Under the pieces are notes generated by a model. It was not told the DNA's origin. It made no database searches and saw nothing but the letters and a program-made list of their open reading frames with translations. A stretch of 64,000 nt of DNA from Coraliomargarita sp. (GTDB lineage: Bacteria > Verrucomicrobiota > Verrucomicrobiia > Opitutales > Coraliomargaritaceae), in contig OZ244160.1 of NCBI GenBank assembly GCA_965216325.1, positions 2,752,001 through 2,816,000 of the forward strand. The letters are read 5' to 3'. This document shows, one piece after another, positions 49,264 to 61,944 of this stretch (position 1 is the stretch's first letter; each line of letters begins with the position of its first letter). Both the position numbers and the translations under genes were made by a program.

Positions 49264-51009
49264 ATGGCACTTGCTCGTATTCAAGCTTCCATCGTAAAGA
49301 ACTTACTCGATGCTGGCCACATTTCGGACTCGCAGTATAACATAATTATCGAGACCGATGAAGAGTTGTCGGGCGAAGCGGTCGAGAAGCTCCTGATTGA
49401 GGATTATAAGATCAATCACTATCAGCTCCTGATTGCTAAGAGCCGGGCTTTTGGTCTCTCGCCGATTAATGTTCGTAAGTGTCTGGTCACTGAGATGACC
49501 TTTGCAAAGCTTGATCAAGATTTTTGCCAAGAGAATAAGGTCTTGCCGCTTGGTTTTGCGGGTGAGCATATTATCGTTGCCTTAAGTAATCCGTTCGATC
49601 TGGAAGTAACGGCTCGTATTCAGGATGTTTCCGGAATGCAGGTATCTGCTTTACTTGGGTTAGAGGGGGATATTGATAACGCACTCGAGACTAAGGAAGA
49701 TCATCAGGCTGTCGGCTTTGGTGATGTTGTTGAAGCTCTCGACATGGACTACGAGAACGAAGAGGAGTTGGAGGACGACTTTAGTGATGAAGAGTCGGCG
49801 CCGATTATCCAACTTGCGAATCGTATCATTGAGGAAGCTTATTTTTCTGGAGGTAGTGATATTCACATTGAGCCGTTTGAAAAGGAGACACGTGTTCGTG
49901 TGCGTGTGGATGGTGTGCTTCAGAATAAGATTACGATTCCACCTGCTGCGAGTGGAGCCTTGCTTGCTCGTTTAAAGGTGATGGCTGAGCTTGACATTGC
50001 AGAGAAGCGTTTACCTCAAGACGGACGTATTGTTTTTAAGCAGTATAACAAGAAGGGGATCGACGTTGACCTGCGTGTTGCTACGGCGCCACTCAATCAC
50101 GGTGAAGGTGTGGTCATGCGTATTCTGGATAAGCAGAAGAGCACACTGCCACTTCCAGCGCTAGGCTTCTCTGAGGATAACCTTAAGATCTACCGTGAGC
50201 TTATCCAGCGACCATATGGGATGATCTTGCACTGTGGTCCTACGGGTTCAGGTAAGTCGATGACGCTTTATTCAGCGCTCAACGAAATTAATACCGCCGA
50301 TATTTGTATCCGCACTGCGGAGGATCCGATTGAGTATACCTTGCCAGGATTGCTGCAAATGCAGATGCAGCGTAAGATCGGGCTCACCTTTGCTACAGCG
50401 CTGCGTGCCTTCCTGCGTCAAGATCCTGATGTTATTCTTGTCGGGGAAATTCGTGATAAGGAAACGGCGGGTATTGCAGTTGAGGCTGCGCTGACAGGTC
50501 ACATGCTGTTCAGCACGTTGCACACGAATGACGCGCCAACAACCATCTCACGTTTGACCGAGATGGGGATTGAGCCATTCATGATTTCGGCCTCCTTGGT
50601 TTGTGTGTGTGCCCAGCGTCTGATGCGTCGAGTCTGCAAGTCGTGTAAGAAGACTTACGTTCAGGAGGGCAATGAAGCGGACATTATTCAGCGTGCGATT
50701 CAGTGGTCGGGTAAGGTGCCACATATCGGTGGTGATGGCTGTCCTGTTTGCGGTGGCTCAGGGTATAAGGGCCGTGTTGGTATTCACGAACTAATGGCTA
50801 CGAGCGAAGACTTGGTGAAAGCTATCAACGACGAAGTTGAAGCGGCAGTCATTAAGCGAGTTGCGATGCAGAATGGAATGAAAACCTTGCACCAAGACAG
50901 TATGCTCAAGGTTAAGGAAGGCCTGACTACAATGGAAGAGGCGCTTGCTTGTGTGCCGCCTGATATGGAGGACTTTGCCTCAGAAGTGACTACCGAGGCC
51001 GCGAAGTAG
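49264..51009 (+). CDS. pilB: PilB/GspE family secretion ATPase
   Basis: [55 protein letters not shown], tetracysteine motif. Confidence 0.92.
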   Translation: MALARIQASIVKNLLDAGHISDSQYNIIIETDEELSGEAVEKLLIEDYKINHYQLLIAKSRAFGLSPINVRKCLVTEMTFAKLDQDFCQENKVLPLGFAGEHIIVALSNPFDLEVTARIQDVSGMQVSALLGLEGDIDNALETKEDHQAVGFGDVVEALDMDYENEEELEDDFSDEESAPIIQLANRIIEEAYFSGGSDIHIEPFEKETRVRVRVDGVLQNKITIPPAASGALLARLKVMAELDIAEKRLPQDGRIVFKQYNKKGIDVDLRVATAPLNHGEGVVMRILDKQKSTLPLPALGFSEDNLKIYRELIQRPYGMILHCGPTGSGKSMTLYSALNEINTADICIRTAEDPIEYTLPGLLQMQMQRKIGLTFATALRAFLRQDPDVILVGEIRDKETAGIAVEAALTGHMLFSTLHTNDAPTTISRLTEMGIEPFMISASLVCVCAQRLMRRVCKSCKKTYVQEGNEADIIQRAIQWSGKVPHIGGDGCPVCGGSGYKGRVGIHELMATSEDLVKAINDEVEAAVIKRVAMQNGMKTLHQDSMLKVKEGLTTMEEALACVPPDMEDFASEVTTEAAK

Positions 51010-51366
51010 CTAATCAGTCTCTAAGTTGGCAATGAGGGCGCCAAGAAAGACCAGTTCGGTCTCGCCAGTGTTGCGGATTGCCTGGGTCTCGCCATCACGA
51101 GTAATTTGCAGTGTTCCTGGAGTAAACGGATGCTCGACGCCATTGTCGACGACAACTCCGATTCCTGATAGGCAGTAATAGAAGTCTTCTTCTCTGTGGT
51201 GTGAATGGTCGCCAACGGATGCACCGGGCTCGAGGCGAACGATGCCGATACTTTTGATCGCGCTCCCCGGAAAAAGGTCGACCAACTTGTGTGCATGGAC
51301 GGTGCCAGTTCCGCCACGGACAGATTCTGCCACATCAGGGATAACTTCGTGTAAGTGCTTAATCAT
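51010..51366 (-). CDS. Cupin domain protein
   Basis: LEPGASVGDHSHHREEDFYY...G...AIRNTGETELVF. Confidence 0.85.
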   Translation of the reverse strand: MIKHLHEVIPDVAESVRGGTGTVHAHKLVDLFPGSAIKSIGIVRLEPGASVGDHSHHREEDFYYCLSGIGVVVDNGVEHPFTPGTLQITRDGETQAIRNTGETELVFLGALIANLETD

Positions 51367-51475
51367 GATAGACAGGTTAGTCAGGTCTGAACGCGCAGTC
51401 ATTAAAAAAGAGCTCTGACTTATAGAATGGTTCTCAGACTCGACTTTGGGAGGAACGTTAGCACAGTCTGTGTTT

Positions 51476-52162
51476 ATGGGATTACTAAAGCGCTTACGTG
51501 ATCATATGGAAGCGAAGCTTGGGGGGCGCTATGCCGCGACTTTGTTTAGCATTATTGTGGCACTCGTGTGTTATCCCTTAACGGCTGGTTCAACGCTCGC
51601 AGATATTGTGTTGGATGTTTGGCTGTTTGGCTCCCTCGGTCTGCTCATTGTTGCGTTACGGCCTGAGCGTATCTCGAAGTTTAGTGGAATTGTGTTTGGC
51701 GGAGGCACCTTGCTGTTGCCTGCGGTCAGTCTGATGAGTTCAGCGTTTGGCTGGAATGCGAACCTGCTTTATTTGTTTCTTCTGCCGTGTGCGACAGTGT
51801 TTTTCTTCTATTGCGCGTGGTTGATTCTGAAATCTCTCTTTGATGAGAAAGAGGTCACTGCCGATATGCTTTGTGGGGCTGTGATTGCTTATTTGCTGCT
51901 AGGGATCGGATGGGCCGGCCTTTACGCCTTTATCATGATTGTTGATCCGGGAGCTTTCAGTATTAGCTTTGTTGACGGAGACCATGGCACAGGCGGTACA
52001 TTACTCTACTACAGTTTCGTTACTTTAACGACTCTTGGCTATGGTGACATACTGCCGCTTTCAGAACTTGCCCGCACGGCTGCATTTCTCGAGGCGGTCG
52101 CAGGTGTGATGTTTGCGTCGATATTTGTCGCGGCCTTGGTTGGTAATTGGAAGAAGAGCTAG
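51476..52162 (+). CDS. Potassium channel family protein
   Basis: YYSFVTLTTLGYGDI selectivity filter; multiple TM helices. Confidence 0.9.
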   Translation: MGLLKRLRDHMEAKLGGRYAATLFSIIVALVCYPLTAGSTLADIVLDVWLFGSLGLLIVALRPERISKFSGIVFGGGTLLLPAVSLMSSAFGWNANLLYLFLLPCATVFFFYCAWLILKSLFDEKEVTADMLCGAVIAYLLLGIGWAGLYAFIMIVDPGAFSISFVDGDHGTGGTLLYYSFVTLTTLGYGDILPLSELARTAAFLEAVAGVMFASIFVAALVGNWKKS

Positions 52163-52173
52163 CTTTTCGTGCA

Positions 52174-52206
52174 CAAAAAATGGGAGCCGTTGCCGACTCC
52201 CATTTT
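52174..52206. terminator. Bidirectional terminator
   Basis: AAAAAATGGGAG...CTCCCATTTT between convergent genes. Confidence 0.75.
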
Positions 52207-52227
52207 GAAAAGAATATGAACTACGGG

Positions 52228-53337
52228 TTAGTGGTGGTGCGCGAGTTCGTAGATGCGGCCAGCTTCACGTGTCAGAGCGACCCATTCATCCCAGGTTTCC
52301 TTGAGTGATGCTTTGAGGGCTTTGACTTCCTTTTGTAGCTTAGCGCGTTGGTCGTCGCTGGCTTGCTTGAGTTCACGGACCTTAGCCATCAGTAGCGCTG
52401 CTTTTTCGTCGAAGAGGGCAGAGAGCTCTTCAACCTTGATCTTGAATTCAGCTGCAAGCTCGTCGACTTCTTCGTTCAGGTGTTCGATGAGAACTTTCTT
52501 GTCTTTCTGAACAAGGGACTTCTGCACGGTTACAGTGTTGATGGTGCGTAGCTTAGTTACGAGGCCGAGTTTGGAGGCGAGCCAGATTGTCCACTTGGAT
52601 GGGTCGAAATGATACCAGCGAATACCATTGCGGTAGTCGGCTGCGAAGGCGTGGTGGTAGTTGTGGTAACCTTCACCGAAAGTGAGCACCGCCATGATGG
52701 CGTTGTCGACCGCACTGAGTTCACGTGCGTAGGTCTTGGCGCCAAATGTGTGGCAGAGTGAGTTGATGAACCATGTGCAGTGGTGGATGAGCGCAAGACG
52801 AACTAGAAAACCGTAGAAGAACGACGCGAGTGCACTGCCAAAGAGTGCCCATCCGAGGAAGAAGACAGCTGCATTCACGCCAACTGTAATTGGCAGGTAG
52901 TATTTGTCCTGAAAGACCACACGTGGGTTTTTCAGGAGATCTCCAACGAGCGACTTGTCAAAAGTGCGGTCATAGTCGAAGAGCCAGAGCACGTGTGCAT
53001 ACCAGAAGCCCTTCTTAATGGAGTAGGGGTCCTTTTCGGTGTCCACGTGATTGTGGTGAATACGGTGGCCGTGTGACCACATGAGTGCGGACATCTCAAA
53101 CGCGAGGGCCGAGCCGAGTAGCACACACCATTCGAAGAAGGGTTTGGCGACATATGCTTTGTGCGCGAACAGACGGTGATAGCCGACTGTGATGGTCATA
53201 CCACCGATGATGTAGGTGATGATGCCAAATGCGAGTGCACCCCAAGAGAACACGCCGATCGCGGCTGGAAGCAGCGCAAGCAGAAGTGCGTGATAAATGA
53301 CTACAAAGAGGAACGTGTCCCAGTGTTTGATTTTCAT
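52228..53337 (-). CDS. Acyl-CoA (delta-9-like) fatty acid desaturase
   Basis: His boxes HRLFAH, HRIHH, HNYHH; INSLCH; C-terminal coiled coil. Confidence 0.92.
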   Translation of the reverse strand: MKIKHWDTFLFVVIYHALLLALLPAAIGVFSWGALAFGIITYIIGGMTITVGYHRLFAHKAYVAKPFFEWCVLLGSALAFEMSALMWSHGHRIHHNHVDTEKDPYSIKKGFWYAHVLWLFDYDRTFDKSLVGDLLKNPRVVFQDKYYLPITVGVNAAVFFLGWALFGSALASFFYGFLVRLALIHHCTWFINSLCHTFGAKTYARELSAVDNAIMAVLTFGEGYHNYHHAFAADYRNGIRWYHFDPSKWTIWLASKLGLVTKLRTINTVTVQKSLVQKDKKVLIEHLNEEVDELAAEFKIKVEELSALFDEKAALLMAKVRELKQASDDQRAKLQKEVKALKASLKETWDEWVALTREAGRIYELAHHH

Positions 53338-53722
53338 GATATAAATTGGCGATTGGTTATATGGCACCGGTCTCAGCGTTGGACGCTTGGTGCGCAGATG
53401 GCTGGCGAAGTTCCGAGAACTTTTGTCGCGTGAGCAAAACGACGGGGCCAGCAGAGGGTGTCCTTTAGTCGTCTTTCAGCACGATTCTGTCAAGGTGATT
53501 CCATTAGGCCGGCTACTGTGTACCTTAACTCAGTTTGAGATGTTGGGGATTTTTCGATAAATAAATCTTATGTGTTGACACCTCAGTATAAGTTAATGTG
53601 TTCGTCGTGCTGTCGGAGCTATCAGAAATACTGATAACACGCTTGCCAAGGGAGCTAACCTGCCTACAAGTGCCTCCTTCACACATTTTCACCTCACACT
53701 GAAAACTAAAAAGAATACATAA

Positions 53723-54748
<1,026 letters not shown>

Positions 54749-54878
54749 TCCGGACCTCGGTAACAACTGATTGATTTTCAGGCCGCCGCGGCAGGAATCC
54801 CATCCGGATCTCTGATCGCGGCGGCCTTTTTCTTAATCATTCATCAATCCTACATTTTCAAATTATCCATTTAATCTA

Positions 54879-56072
54879 ATGGCTACAAAAACCATCAAAG
54901 ACGTAAACCTCGCAGGTAAGCGCGTGCTCGTGCGCTGCGATTTCAATGTGCCTCTCAAAAACGGTGTGATCTCTGACGATTCCCGTATTGTTGCAGCACT
55001 TCCAACCATCCAGCACCTCGTCGAGCAGGGCGCTAAGGTTATCCTTTGCAGTCACCTTGGTCGCCCAAAGGGTGAAAAGAAGGCTGAGTTCAGTCTTTCT
55101 CCAGTAGCCGAAGACCTCGCTGCGAAGCTCGGCAAGCCAGTGACGTTCGTCGAAGACTGCATCGGTGGCGAAGTTGAAGCCGAAGTCGCCAAGCTCGGCG
55201 ACGGCGAGATCGCACTGCTCGAAAACGTCCGCTTCTACAAGGGGGAGACTGACAACGATCCTGAGTTCGCAGCATCCCTTGCAAAGCTTGCAGACGCATT
55301 CGTGAATGACGCATTCGGCACTGCACACCGCGCACACGCTTCCACAGCTGGCGTTGCTGCACACCTTTCTCCAAATGTTTGCGGTTTCCTTATCGAGAAG
55401 GAGCTCGCATACCTCGGCGACAAGACTGCAAACCCTGAGCGTCCATTCACCGTGATCCTCGGTGGTGCGAAGGTTTCCGATAAGATCAAGGTGATCGATG
55501 CACTTCTTGAGAAGGCAGACACCATCATCATTGGTGGTGCAATGGCTTACACCTTTGCACTAGCACAAGGCCGCAAGGTCGGTGAGTCCCTGAGCGAGCC
55601 TGATTTCATTGACACTGCAAAGTCCGCTTTGGCGAAGGCAGAAGAGAAGGGTGTTAAGTTCCTCCTTCCTGTCGACAACCTCGCAGTTAAGGACCTCGAC
55701 TTCGGTGCTGGCACTGTTGGCGAAACTCAATTCTTTGAAGGCAATATCGAAGACGGCTGGGAAGGTGTCGATATCGGTCCTAAGAGCATCGAGCTCTTCA
55801 AGGCTGAAGTGGCAGCTGCCAAGACGGTTCTTTGGAACGGCCCAATGGGTATCTTCGAAATCGACGCCTGCAACAAGGGCACTTTCGCAGTTGCGGAAAC
55901 CATCGCTGAATCCGACGGCATCTCCATCATCGGTGGTGGTGACTCCGTCAAGGCGATTAAGATGTCCGGCTACAGCGACAAGGTAACCTTCATGAGCACC
56001 GGTGGTGGCGCGTCCCTCGAGTTCCTCGAAGGCAAAGAGCTTCCAGGCGTCACTGCTCTCGACCAAGCCTAG
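54879..56072 (+). CDS. pgk: Phosphoglycerate kinase
   Basis: DFNVP, SHLGRP, NDAFGTAHRAH, GGAKVSDK, STGGGASLE. Confidence 0.99.
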   Translation: MATKTIKDVNLAGKRVLVRCDFNVPLKNGVISDDSRIVAALPTIQHLVEQGAKVILCSHLGRPKGEKKAEFSLSPVAEDLAAKLGKPVTFVEDCIGGEVEAEVAKLGDGEIALLENVRFYKGETDNDPEFAASLAKLADAFVNDAFGTAHRAHASTAGVAAHLSPNVCGFLIEKELAYLGDKTANPERPFTVILGGAKVSDKIKVIDALLEKADTIIIGGAMAYTFALAQGRKVGESLSEPDFIDTAKSALAKAEEKGVKFLLPVDNLAVKDLDFGAGTVGETQFFEGNIEDGWEGVDIGPKSIELFKAEVAAAKTVLWNGPMGIFEIDACNKGTFAVAETIAESDGISIIGGGDSVKAIKMSGYSDKVTFMSTGGGASLEFLEGKELPGVTALDQA

Positions 56073-56115
56073 TCATTTATAAATTCTAACTGATAAATCC
56101 AAAATCCAAAAAATT

Positions 56116-56883
56116 ATGTCACGCAAATATCTTATCGCAGGTAACTGGAAGATGAACCTCGTCTCTGCCGAAGGTGCAGAGCTCGCAAAGGGCATCGTTG
56201 CTAACGTAGGTGGTAACACTTCGGTCGACATCTGTGTCAGCCCGACATTCACCACACTTGACGCAGTTTCCAAGGAAATCGCTGACTCCAGCGTTTCGCT
56301 CGGTGCACAAAACATGCACTTCGAAGCTTCCGGTGCTTACACCGGTGAAATCTCGGCAGACATGCTGAAGGCACTCGCTGTTGAGTATGTCATTCTCGGT
56401 CACTCCGAGCGCCGCGAATACTTCGGTGAAACCGACGAAATCGTCAACAAGAAGACTGTTGCTGCACTCGCTGCGGGCCTCAAGCCAATCGTCTGTGTGG
56501 GTGAAACACTCGAAGAGCGCGAAGCTGAGAAGACTATCGACGTCATCAAGACTCAGATCGAAGGTGGCCTTGCGGGCATCGAAGCATCTGCTGCAGACGC
56601 ACTCGTCATCGCTTACGAACCAGTTTGGGCGATCGGCACCGGTAAGACTGCAACTCCGGAGATGGCTGAAGAAGTGCACGCGGAAATCCGCTGCATGCTT
56701 GCAGGCAAGCTTGGTGAAGAAGCTGCTGAAAAGGTCCGCATCCTTTACGGTGGTTCCATGAAGCCAGAAAACGCAGACGATCTGCTTGCTCAGAAGAACA
56801 TCGACGGTGGTCTCATCGGTGGTGCGTCTCTCAAGGCAGATTCCTTCGCTAGCCTCGTCGAGAGCGCTGCGAAGCTTGCGTAA
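56116..56883 (+). CDS. tpiA: Triosephosphate isomerase
   Basis: AGNWKMN, GHSERR, AYEPVWAIGTG, YGGS. Confidence 0.99.
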   Translation: MSRKYLIAGNWKMNLVSAEGAELAKGIVANVGGNTSVDICVSPTFTTLDAVSKEIADSSVSLGAQNMHFEASGAYTGEISADMLKALAVEYVILGHSERREYFGETDEIVNKKTVAALAAGLKPIVCVGETLEEREAEKTIDVIKTQIEGGLAGIEASAADALVIAYEPVWAIGTGKTATPEMAEEVHAEIRCMLAGKLGEEAAEKVRILYGGSMKPENADDLLAQKNIDGGLIGGASLKADSFASLVESAAKLA

Positions 56884-56904
56884 GCACGATTCGCTTTACA
56901 CGAC

Positions 56905-56936
56905 AAAGCCGGAAGGGAGACCTTCCGGCTTTTTTG
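56905..56936. terminator. Terminator after tpiA
   Basis: AAAGCCGGAAGG-GAGA-CCTTCCGGCTTTTTT. Confidence 0.85.
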
Positions 56937-56942
56937 TGTCTG

Positions 56943-57779
56943 TTAACGATCGAGCTGACGGATCAGAGCGATGAAATCATCGTCGCCGTGCCCTGCCGAT
57001 TCAGTATTCGCCAAGCAATCGATCACGCAGTCGAGTAGGGGGCGCTGATTGTCGCCATTCTGCTTGCGGGCCAGGCGCATATCCTTGTGCAGGTTTTTGA
57101 CGGAGAATTGCGGGGCAAAATCTTCGTTGCGCAATTTGGCCTCTTTCATTTCAGAAAGCCCGGACCATGAGACGTTCATCTTCATCACTTCGAAGAACTG
57201 TTCGTCACTGATGCCTGCTGCGCGGCTCATGCTAATACTCTCACAAAGTGCTTGGCTAATGCCGGCGATCTGTAGGTTCATCGCCAGTTTCACCGCGCAT
57301 GCTTGATTCGGACTTCCGAGATGAAAGCGCTTGGCGGAGATGACTTCCAAGCTTGGCTTAATCGACTCAATGACAGCCTTTTCTCCGCCGAGGAAGAAGA
57401 CCGTCTTGCGTTCTTCGGCTGCAGGCTTGCTGCCGGTGAAGGGGGCTTCGACGTAGGAGGCTCCGCTGCGCTCGACCATCTGCGAAAACTCTGTAGCGCT
57501 GGCGCCGTCGATTGTTGAAGACTGCATGATGGTGTGGGCAGTGCTTAGGTGTGGCAGCAGTTGCTCCAGCACGCCGCGCACAGAATTGGCATCGTAGACG
57601 CAAATATGCAAAACGGAGGCCTTATGGGCGCAATCCTCCAAGCTTGTCTGTGGTAGAGGCAGTCCTGTCTTCGGAGAACGACTCCAGCAGGCAGTCAGCT
57701 GACCGGCGGCATGATAGTGCTTTGCCCAGATTGAACCGATAATTCCGAGACCTAATACGGCAACAGATGGCGTCTGCAT
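56943..57779 (-). CDS. NAD(P)-dependent beta-hydroxyacid dehydrogenase family protein
   Basis: [29 protein letters not shown]; start at MQTPS. Confidence 0.9.
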   Translation of the reverse strand: MQTPSVAVLGLGIIGSIWAKHYHAAGQLTACWSRSPKTGLPLPQTSLEDCAHKASVLHICVYDANSVRGVLEQLLPHLSTAHTIMQSSTIDGASATEFSQMVERSGASYVEAPFTGSKPAAEERKTVFFLGGEKAVIESIKPSLEVISAKRFHLGSPNQACAVKLAMNLQIAGISQALCESISMSRAAGISDEQFFEVMKMNVSWSGLSEMKEAKLRNEDFAPQFSVKNLHKDMRLARKQNGDNQRPLLDCVIDCLANTESAGHGDDDFIALIRQLDR

Positions 57780-57876
57780 GGTAGTAAACGTAGTGGTGGT
57801 GCGTGCGCCACCCGCAGTGGATCGCGGTTCGTTTGTTTGAGGGCCTCGCAAGCAAAGCTTCGAGGCGGTTGAGCGC

Positions 57877-58443
57877 TTACCAAGTGCTGAGCACTTCGTC
57901 GGCAATCTGACGAGCTAGGCCGCGAGCGAGGCGTGGCATCGCTTCGCGCTCACCTTGGCGGTAGGAATCAACGTTTTGTGGATTGATGTTGGCTACATCC
58001 ACATAAGGATTTCTGACGTATGAGTTGGTGTTCTCGATGAGTGTGCGCCCTTGAAAGTAGTAATCGCCGCTGCGTTGGTTAAATAGAGCAATTTCTGATT
58101 CTAGGCGGATGTCAAAGTCACTCGCACGCTCGGAATCTTCGGTGTTACGTGCTGCGGAGTTGCGGGTATATTCAGTGAGATTCACGGTTAGCACCGCATC
58201 CGCATCAGCTGCCTTGGTCACGAGTTTTACGCGCCCGTCACGGATGAAGGTTTCACGCAATTGAGAGCTCACGATCGGCTGTGCCTGCGGTGCAAAGCTA
58301 TCGTTGCTGGCTGGTTGAATGTAGAGCGTCTCGAACGGGATTTCTCCTGAGGAGCCCAGCTTGTAGGAGGCGCATCCGCTAAAGAAGGTGAGTGCTACGG
58401 CAACAAGTCCGAGAGTGCTTAGGGATTTGAAAAAGGCAGACAT
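57877..58443 (-). CDS. lptE: LptE-like LPS assembly lipoprotein
   Basis: Lipobox FSGC, YKLG, ADAVL, C-terminal LARQIAD...W; next to bamD. Confidence 0.75.
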   Translation of the reverse strand: MSAFFKSLSTLGLVAVALTFFSGCASYKLGSSGEIPFETLYIQPASNDSFAPQAQPIVSSQLRETFIRDGRVKLVTKAADADAVLTVNLTEYTRNSAARNTEDSERASDFDIRLESEIALFNQRSGDYYFQGRTLIENTNSYVRNPYVDVANINPQNVDSYRQGEREAMPRLARGLARQIADEVLSTW

Positions 58444-58469
58444 GGTTTAAAAGGAGCTCGTTACAGGGT

Positions 58470-59504
58470 TTAGTCTACGAACAGGATCTTCTTAAAGAAG
58501 CTGCCGCCGGTGGTTGGGCGCATGCCTGCTTCGATGTCCTGAATTCGGGCTTGTGCTTCAACTGCAGCATCGGATTCGGGAGCGATGGTGATCGCCTCGT
58601 TGTAAAATACTAGTGCCGCTGTATTATTGTTGCGGTGGTAGTAGTAGAAGTCGCCGAGTGTTAGGCGAGAGCTAGCCAGAAGGTTTTCCATCTTGCGCAT
58701 GTTTGCTTCCACTTCGCCCACGGAGCTGCTCTCGGGGAACAGGACCAGGAAGTCTTCGTAGTAGCTGATTGCTTGGCGTGTCGAGCCTTGGTCATATTCT
58801 TCACCCTTGACCAAATTCGCGTAGGTCTTTGCCAGATTGTAGTAGGCATCGGGGGCGAGCATGTTTTGTGGATAGTAATTGATCAGGCGATCAAGTGCAT
58901 CGATCGCAACATCACCATTGTTGGTCTTTTCCGCGGTAAACGCGATGTTCATTAATGCCAGCGGTGCATAGTCCCCATAGGGGGCGTTCTGTACGATTTG
59001 TTCAAACTGGTCGATGGCTTCGCTGTATTGCTTGAAGCCGGGGATGACTCCGAATATGCGCCCACGTGCACCTTCCATCAATGCGGTTGCGCACTCAAAT
59101 TGGGCAGATATTACGCGATCGAAACCAGTATAAGTCGGATGTTTATCGATGACTTCTTGGTGGAAGTTGAAGGCTTTGACCCAGCGGCCTTTGGTCATAA
59201 ATACGCGACCGCGTAAATAGAGTGCATCGGCAGCAGCGCTAGAGGTCGGATACTTTTTGATAATCTTCTTAAAGGTGCTGTCGGCACTGCCGATCCGCCC
59301 GCGTTCGAATTTGCTGCGTCCGCTTTCGAGCAGTTGCTGTGCTTCAGACTGTTCGGTTTCAGTGGCAGCTTGAATCGCTTCAGGCTCTTTGTCGCCTCTG
59401 CTAAACCAGTCGGTAGGAATGATCGAGAGCGCGTTTACCTGAGTGGCTATCAGCAGTGTGGTTAGGAATAGGAAAGGTGACGAACGCATAATAGTTAGTG
59501 CCAT
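58470..59504 (-). CDS. bamD: BamD-like TPR outer membrane assembly protein
   Basis: TPR repeats, [10 protein letters not shown]...FL...FP, LGDFYY. The start may be 59489. Confidence 0.8.
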   Translation of the reverse strand: MALTIMRSSPFLFLTTLLIATQVNALSIIPTDWFSRGDKEPEAIQAATETEQSEAQQLLESGRSKFERGRIGSADSTFKKIIKKYPTSSAAADALYLRGRVFMTKGRWVKAFNFHQEVIDKHPTYTGFDRVISAQFECATALMEGARGRIFGVIPGFKQYSEAIDQFEQIVQNAPYGDYAPLALMNIAFTAEKTNNGDVAIDALDRLINYYPQNMLAPDAYYNLAKTYANLVKGEEYDQGSTRQAISYYEDFLVLFPESSSVGEVEANMRKMENLLASSRLTLGDFYYYHRNNNTAALVFYNEAITIAPESDAAVEAQARIQDIEAGMRPTTGGSFFKKILFVD

Positions 59505-60493
59505 TTGATAAGAGTGGAACCCCAGGTCAAGCCTGCGCCAAAGGCGACGAGTAGAATCAAGCTACCACTTTGCACGCGACCGGCGCGGAAGGCTTCGTCG
59601 AGTGCAATCGGGATCGATGCAGCAGAAGTGTTGCCAAAACGGTCCAAGTTGTTGTGGAACTTCTCGTCGGGTATTTTCAGGCGCTTTGCCAGGCTGCTGA
59701 TGATACGCATATTCGCCTGATGCGGGATCACAAGATCGAGGTCTTGGGAGGTTCGCCCGTGACGCTCCAGAATATCAGTGCTGGACTGGCCCATCACGCG
59801 AACTGCGAGCTTGAAGATTTCCTTGCCGTTCATCTTGAGGAAGTGCTGACGTTCGTTGACACTTTCGAGGCTGGCAGGCAAGGCTGAGCCGCCGCCTGGT
59901 TGGTAAAGTAAATCGGGGTTCGAGCCATCCGCACCACAGATGGAGCCGAGAATGCCTGTGTCTGGCTGGTCTGATGTGCCGAGCACCACTGCGCCGGCAC
60001 CATCACCGAAGAGCACGCAGGTTGTGCGGTCTTCAAAGTCCAAGATGCTGCTCATCTTTTCGGCGCCGATCACGAGTGCTTTGCTGGCTGCACCTGACTT
60101 GAGCATGCCTGTGGCGACGTTCAGTGCATAGACGAAGCCGGAGCAGGCTGCTTGTATGTCGAGTGATGTGACGTTGGGCAGTCCGAGCTTGCTTTGCACC
60201 AAGCAAGCGGTGGAGGGGGTCGGCATGTCGGGTGTCATTGTTGCTACGAGGACTAGGTCAATCTCGCTGCCGTCGACGCCAGCAGCTTCTAGAGCTCGTT
60301 TGCCTGCTGCTGCCGCGATGTCCGACGTGTGTTCATTCTCGCCTGCAAAGTGGCGCTCGCCGATGCCGCTACGGGTGCGAATCCATTCGTCGGAAGTATC
60401 GACGATCTTTGCCATGTCGTCGTTGGTGACGACTCTTTCAGGTGCGTAGGAGCCAGTGCCGAGTATTACGACAGATTTCGATGCAGTAGTCAT
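59495..60493 (-). CDS. fabH: Beta-ketoacyl-ACP synthase III
   Basis: [34 protein letters not shown]. Confidence 0.97.
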   Translation of the reverse strand: MTTASKSVVILGTGSYAPERVVTNDDMAKIVDTSDEWIRTRSGIGERHFAGENEHTSDIAAAAGKRALEAAGVDGSEIDLVLVATMTPDMPTPSTACLVQSKLGLPNVTSLDIQAACSGFVYALNVATGMLKSGAASKALVIGAEKMSSILDFEDRTTCVLFGDGAGAVVLGTSDQPDTGILGSICGADGSNPDLLYQPGGGSALPASLESVNERQHFLKMNGKEIFKLAVRVMGQSSTDILERHGRTSQDLDLVIPHQANMRIISSLAKRLKIPDEKFHNNLDRFGNTSAASIPIALDEAFRAGRVQSGSLILLVAFGAGLTWGSTLIKWH

Positions 60494-60523
60494 TGAATGG
60501 AGCTGTTATCTCCGGAAGCTGGT

Positions 60524-61594
60524 TTATTTTTCAGACTGCTCAAGCTCAGATTTCTCAATCAGCTGATTCGCTTGATCAATCTCGTGACTGATCGCGTCGA
60601 TCATATCGTGCGTGACAAGCTCTCGGGCGATACGCACTGCATTGGCGATCGCAACGTAATTAGACGAGCCATGAGACTTGAGAATGTTGCCGCGCAGTCC
60701 AAGGAGTGGCGCGCCGGCATGCTGGTCCGGGCCCAGTCGGGTGCGCATGTCGCGGAAGGCCGATTTCGATAATGCGGCACCGACCATGCGCTTTGGATTA
60801 CGCACAAGTTCTTCCTTCAGTGTGCTGCCGATAAAGGAAAATAGGGACTCGCTGGCCTTGAGGACGATGTTACCGACGAAGCCATCGCACACCACGACAT
60901 CGACGTCGCCGTCAAAGAGTTGAAAGCCTTCGATCGGGCCCGTATAGTTGATGACGCCGTTGATCGCCTGCATGCGTGCATGTGTGGCGTTGATGAGGCT
61001 GTTGCCTTTGCCCTCTTCGGTGCCGATTGTCAGCAGGCCTACGCGGGGATTGGAGATGTCGAGCGCTGCTTTGGCGTAGTTTGCGCCGAGCACGGCATTG
61101 TGAGCCAGATTCTCTGGGGTGGATTCCGGGTTCGCACCGACGTCGATTAGGACGAAGGGCTTTTTCTTGCTCGGAACGATGATTCCCAGTGCCGGGCGGT
61201 CAACTCCGGGGAGTGGACGTAGGCGAAGCGTTCCGCCCGCCATGAGGGCGCCGGTGTTGCCGCAGCTGACAACAGCGTCTGCCTTGCCATCCTTGAGGAG
61301 GCCGATGGCTTGCACCATTGATGAGTTCTTTTTGCGCTTTAGAGCCTGAATCGGCTTTTCATCCATGCCGATGACTTGATCCGCGTGGTGAATTTGGATC
61401 TTCTCGGGATCAATGCTAAGCTTGCGCACCTTGAGCAAGCGTTTGAGTAAGCGCTCTTTGCCTACGAGGATGAGGTTACAATCGAGACCAAGTTCTTCGA
61501 TGGCATAAAAAAGCCCACGGATAAACTCGGTGGGCCCTTTGTCGCCTCCCATGGTGTCGACTGCAATGGTGCAGTTGACTGCGCTAGCGCCCAT
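60524..61594 (-). CDS. plsX: Phosphate acyltransferase PlsX
   Basis: AVDTMGGD, SCGNTGA, DVGAN, GTEEGKG, CDGFVGN, KSHGSS. Confidence 0.97.
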   Translation of the reverse strand: MGASAVNCTIAVDTMGGDKGPTEFIRGLFYAIEELGLDCNLILVGKERLLKRLLKVRKLSIDPEKIQIHHADQVIGMDEKPIQALKRKKNSSMVQAIGLLKDGKADAVVSCGNTGALMAGGTLRLRPLPGVDRPALGIIVPSKKKPFVLIDVGANPESTPENLAHNAVLGANYAKAALDISNPRVGLLTIGTEEGKGNSLINATHARMQAINGVINYTGPIEGFQLFDGDVDVVVCDGFVGNIVLKASESLFSFIGSTLKEELVRNPKRMVGAALSKSAFRDMRTRLGPDQHAGAPLLGLRGNILKSHGSSNYVAIANAVRIARELVTHDMIDAISHEIDQANQLIEKSELEQSEK

Positions 61595-61631
61595 AGTCGG
61601 TTGTGATGTTAAATGATTGTGCAGTAGGTGC

Positions 61632-61811
<180 letters not shown>

Positions 61812-61944
61812 GGTAAATGTCTGGTTGAATTAATAAATTGTGTGCTGCGAACGAGGTTCTGCAAAAGAGCGGGGATTAAAGAGGCAAATTTGGCCCCGTC
61901 AAGTATTCTTATTGAGATAAATTGGCCTTTTCTGATGCTGTGCT

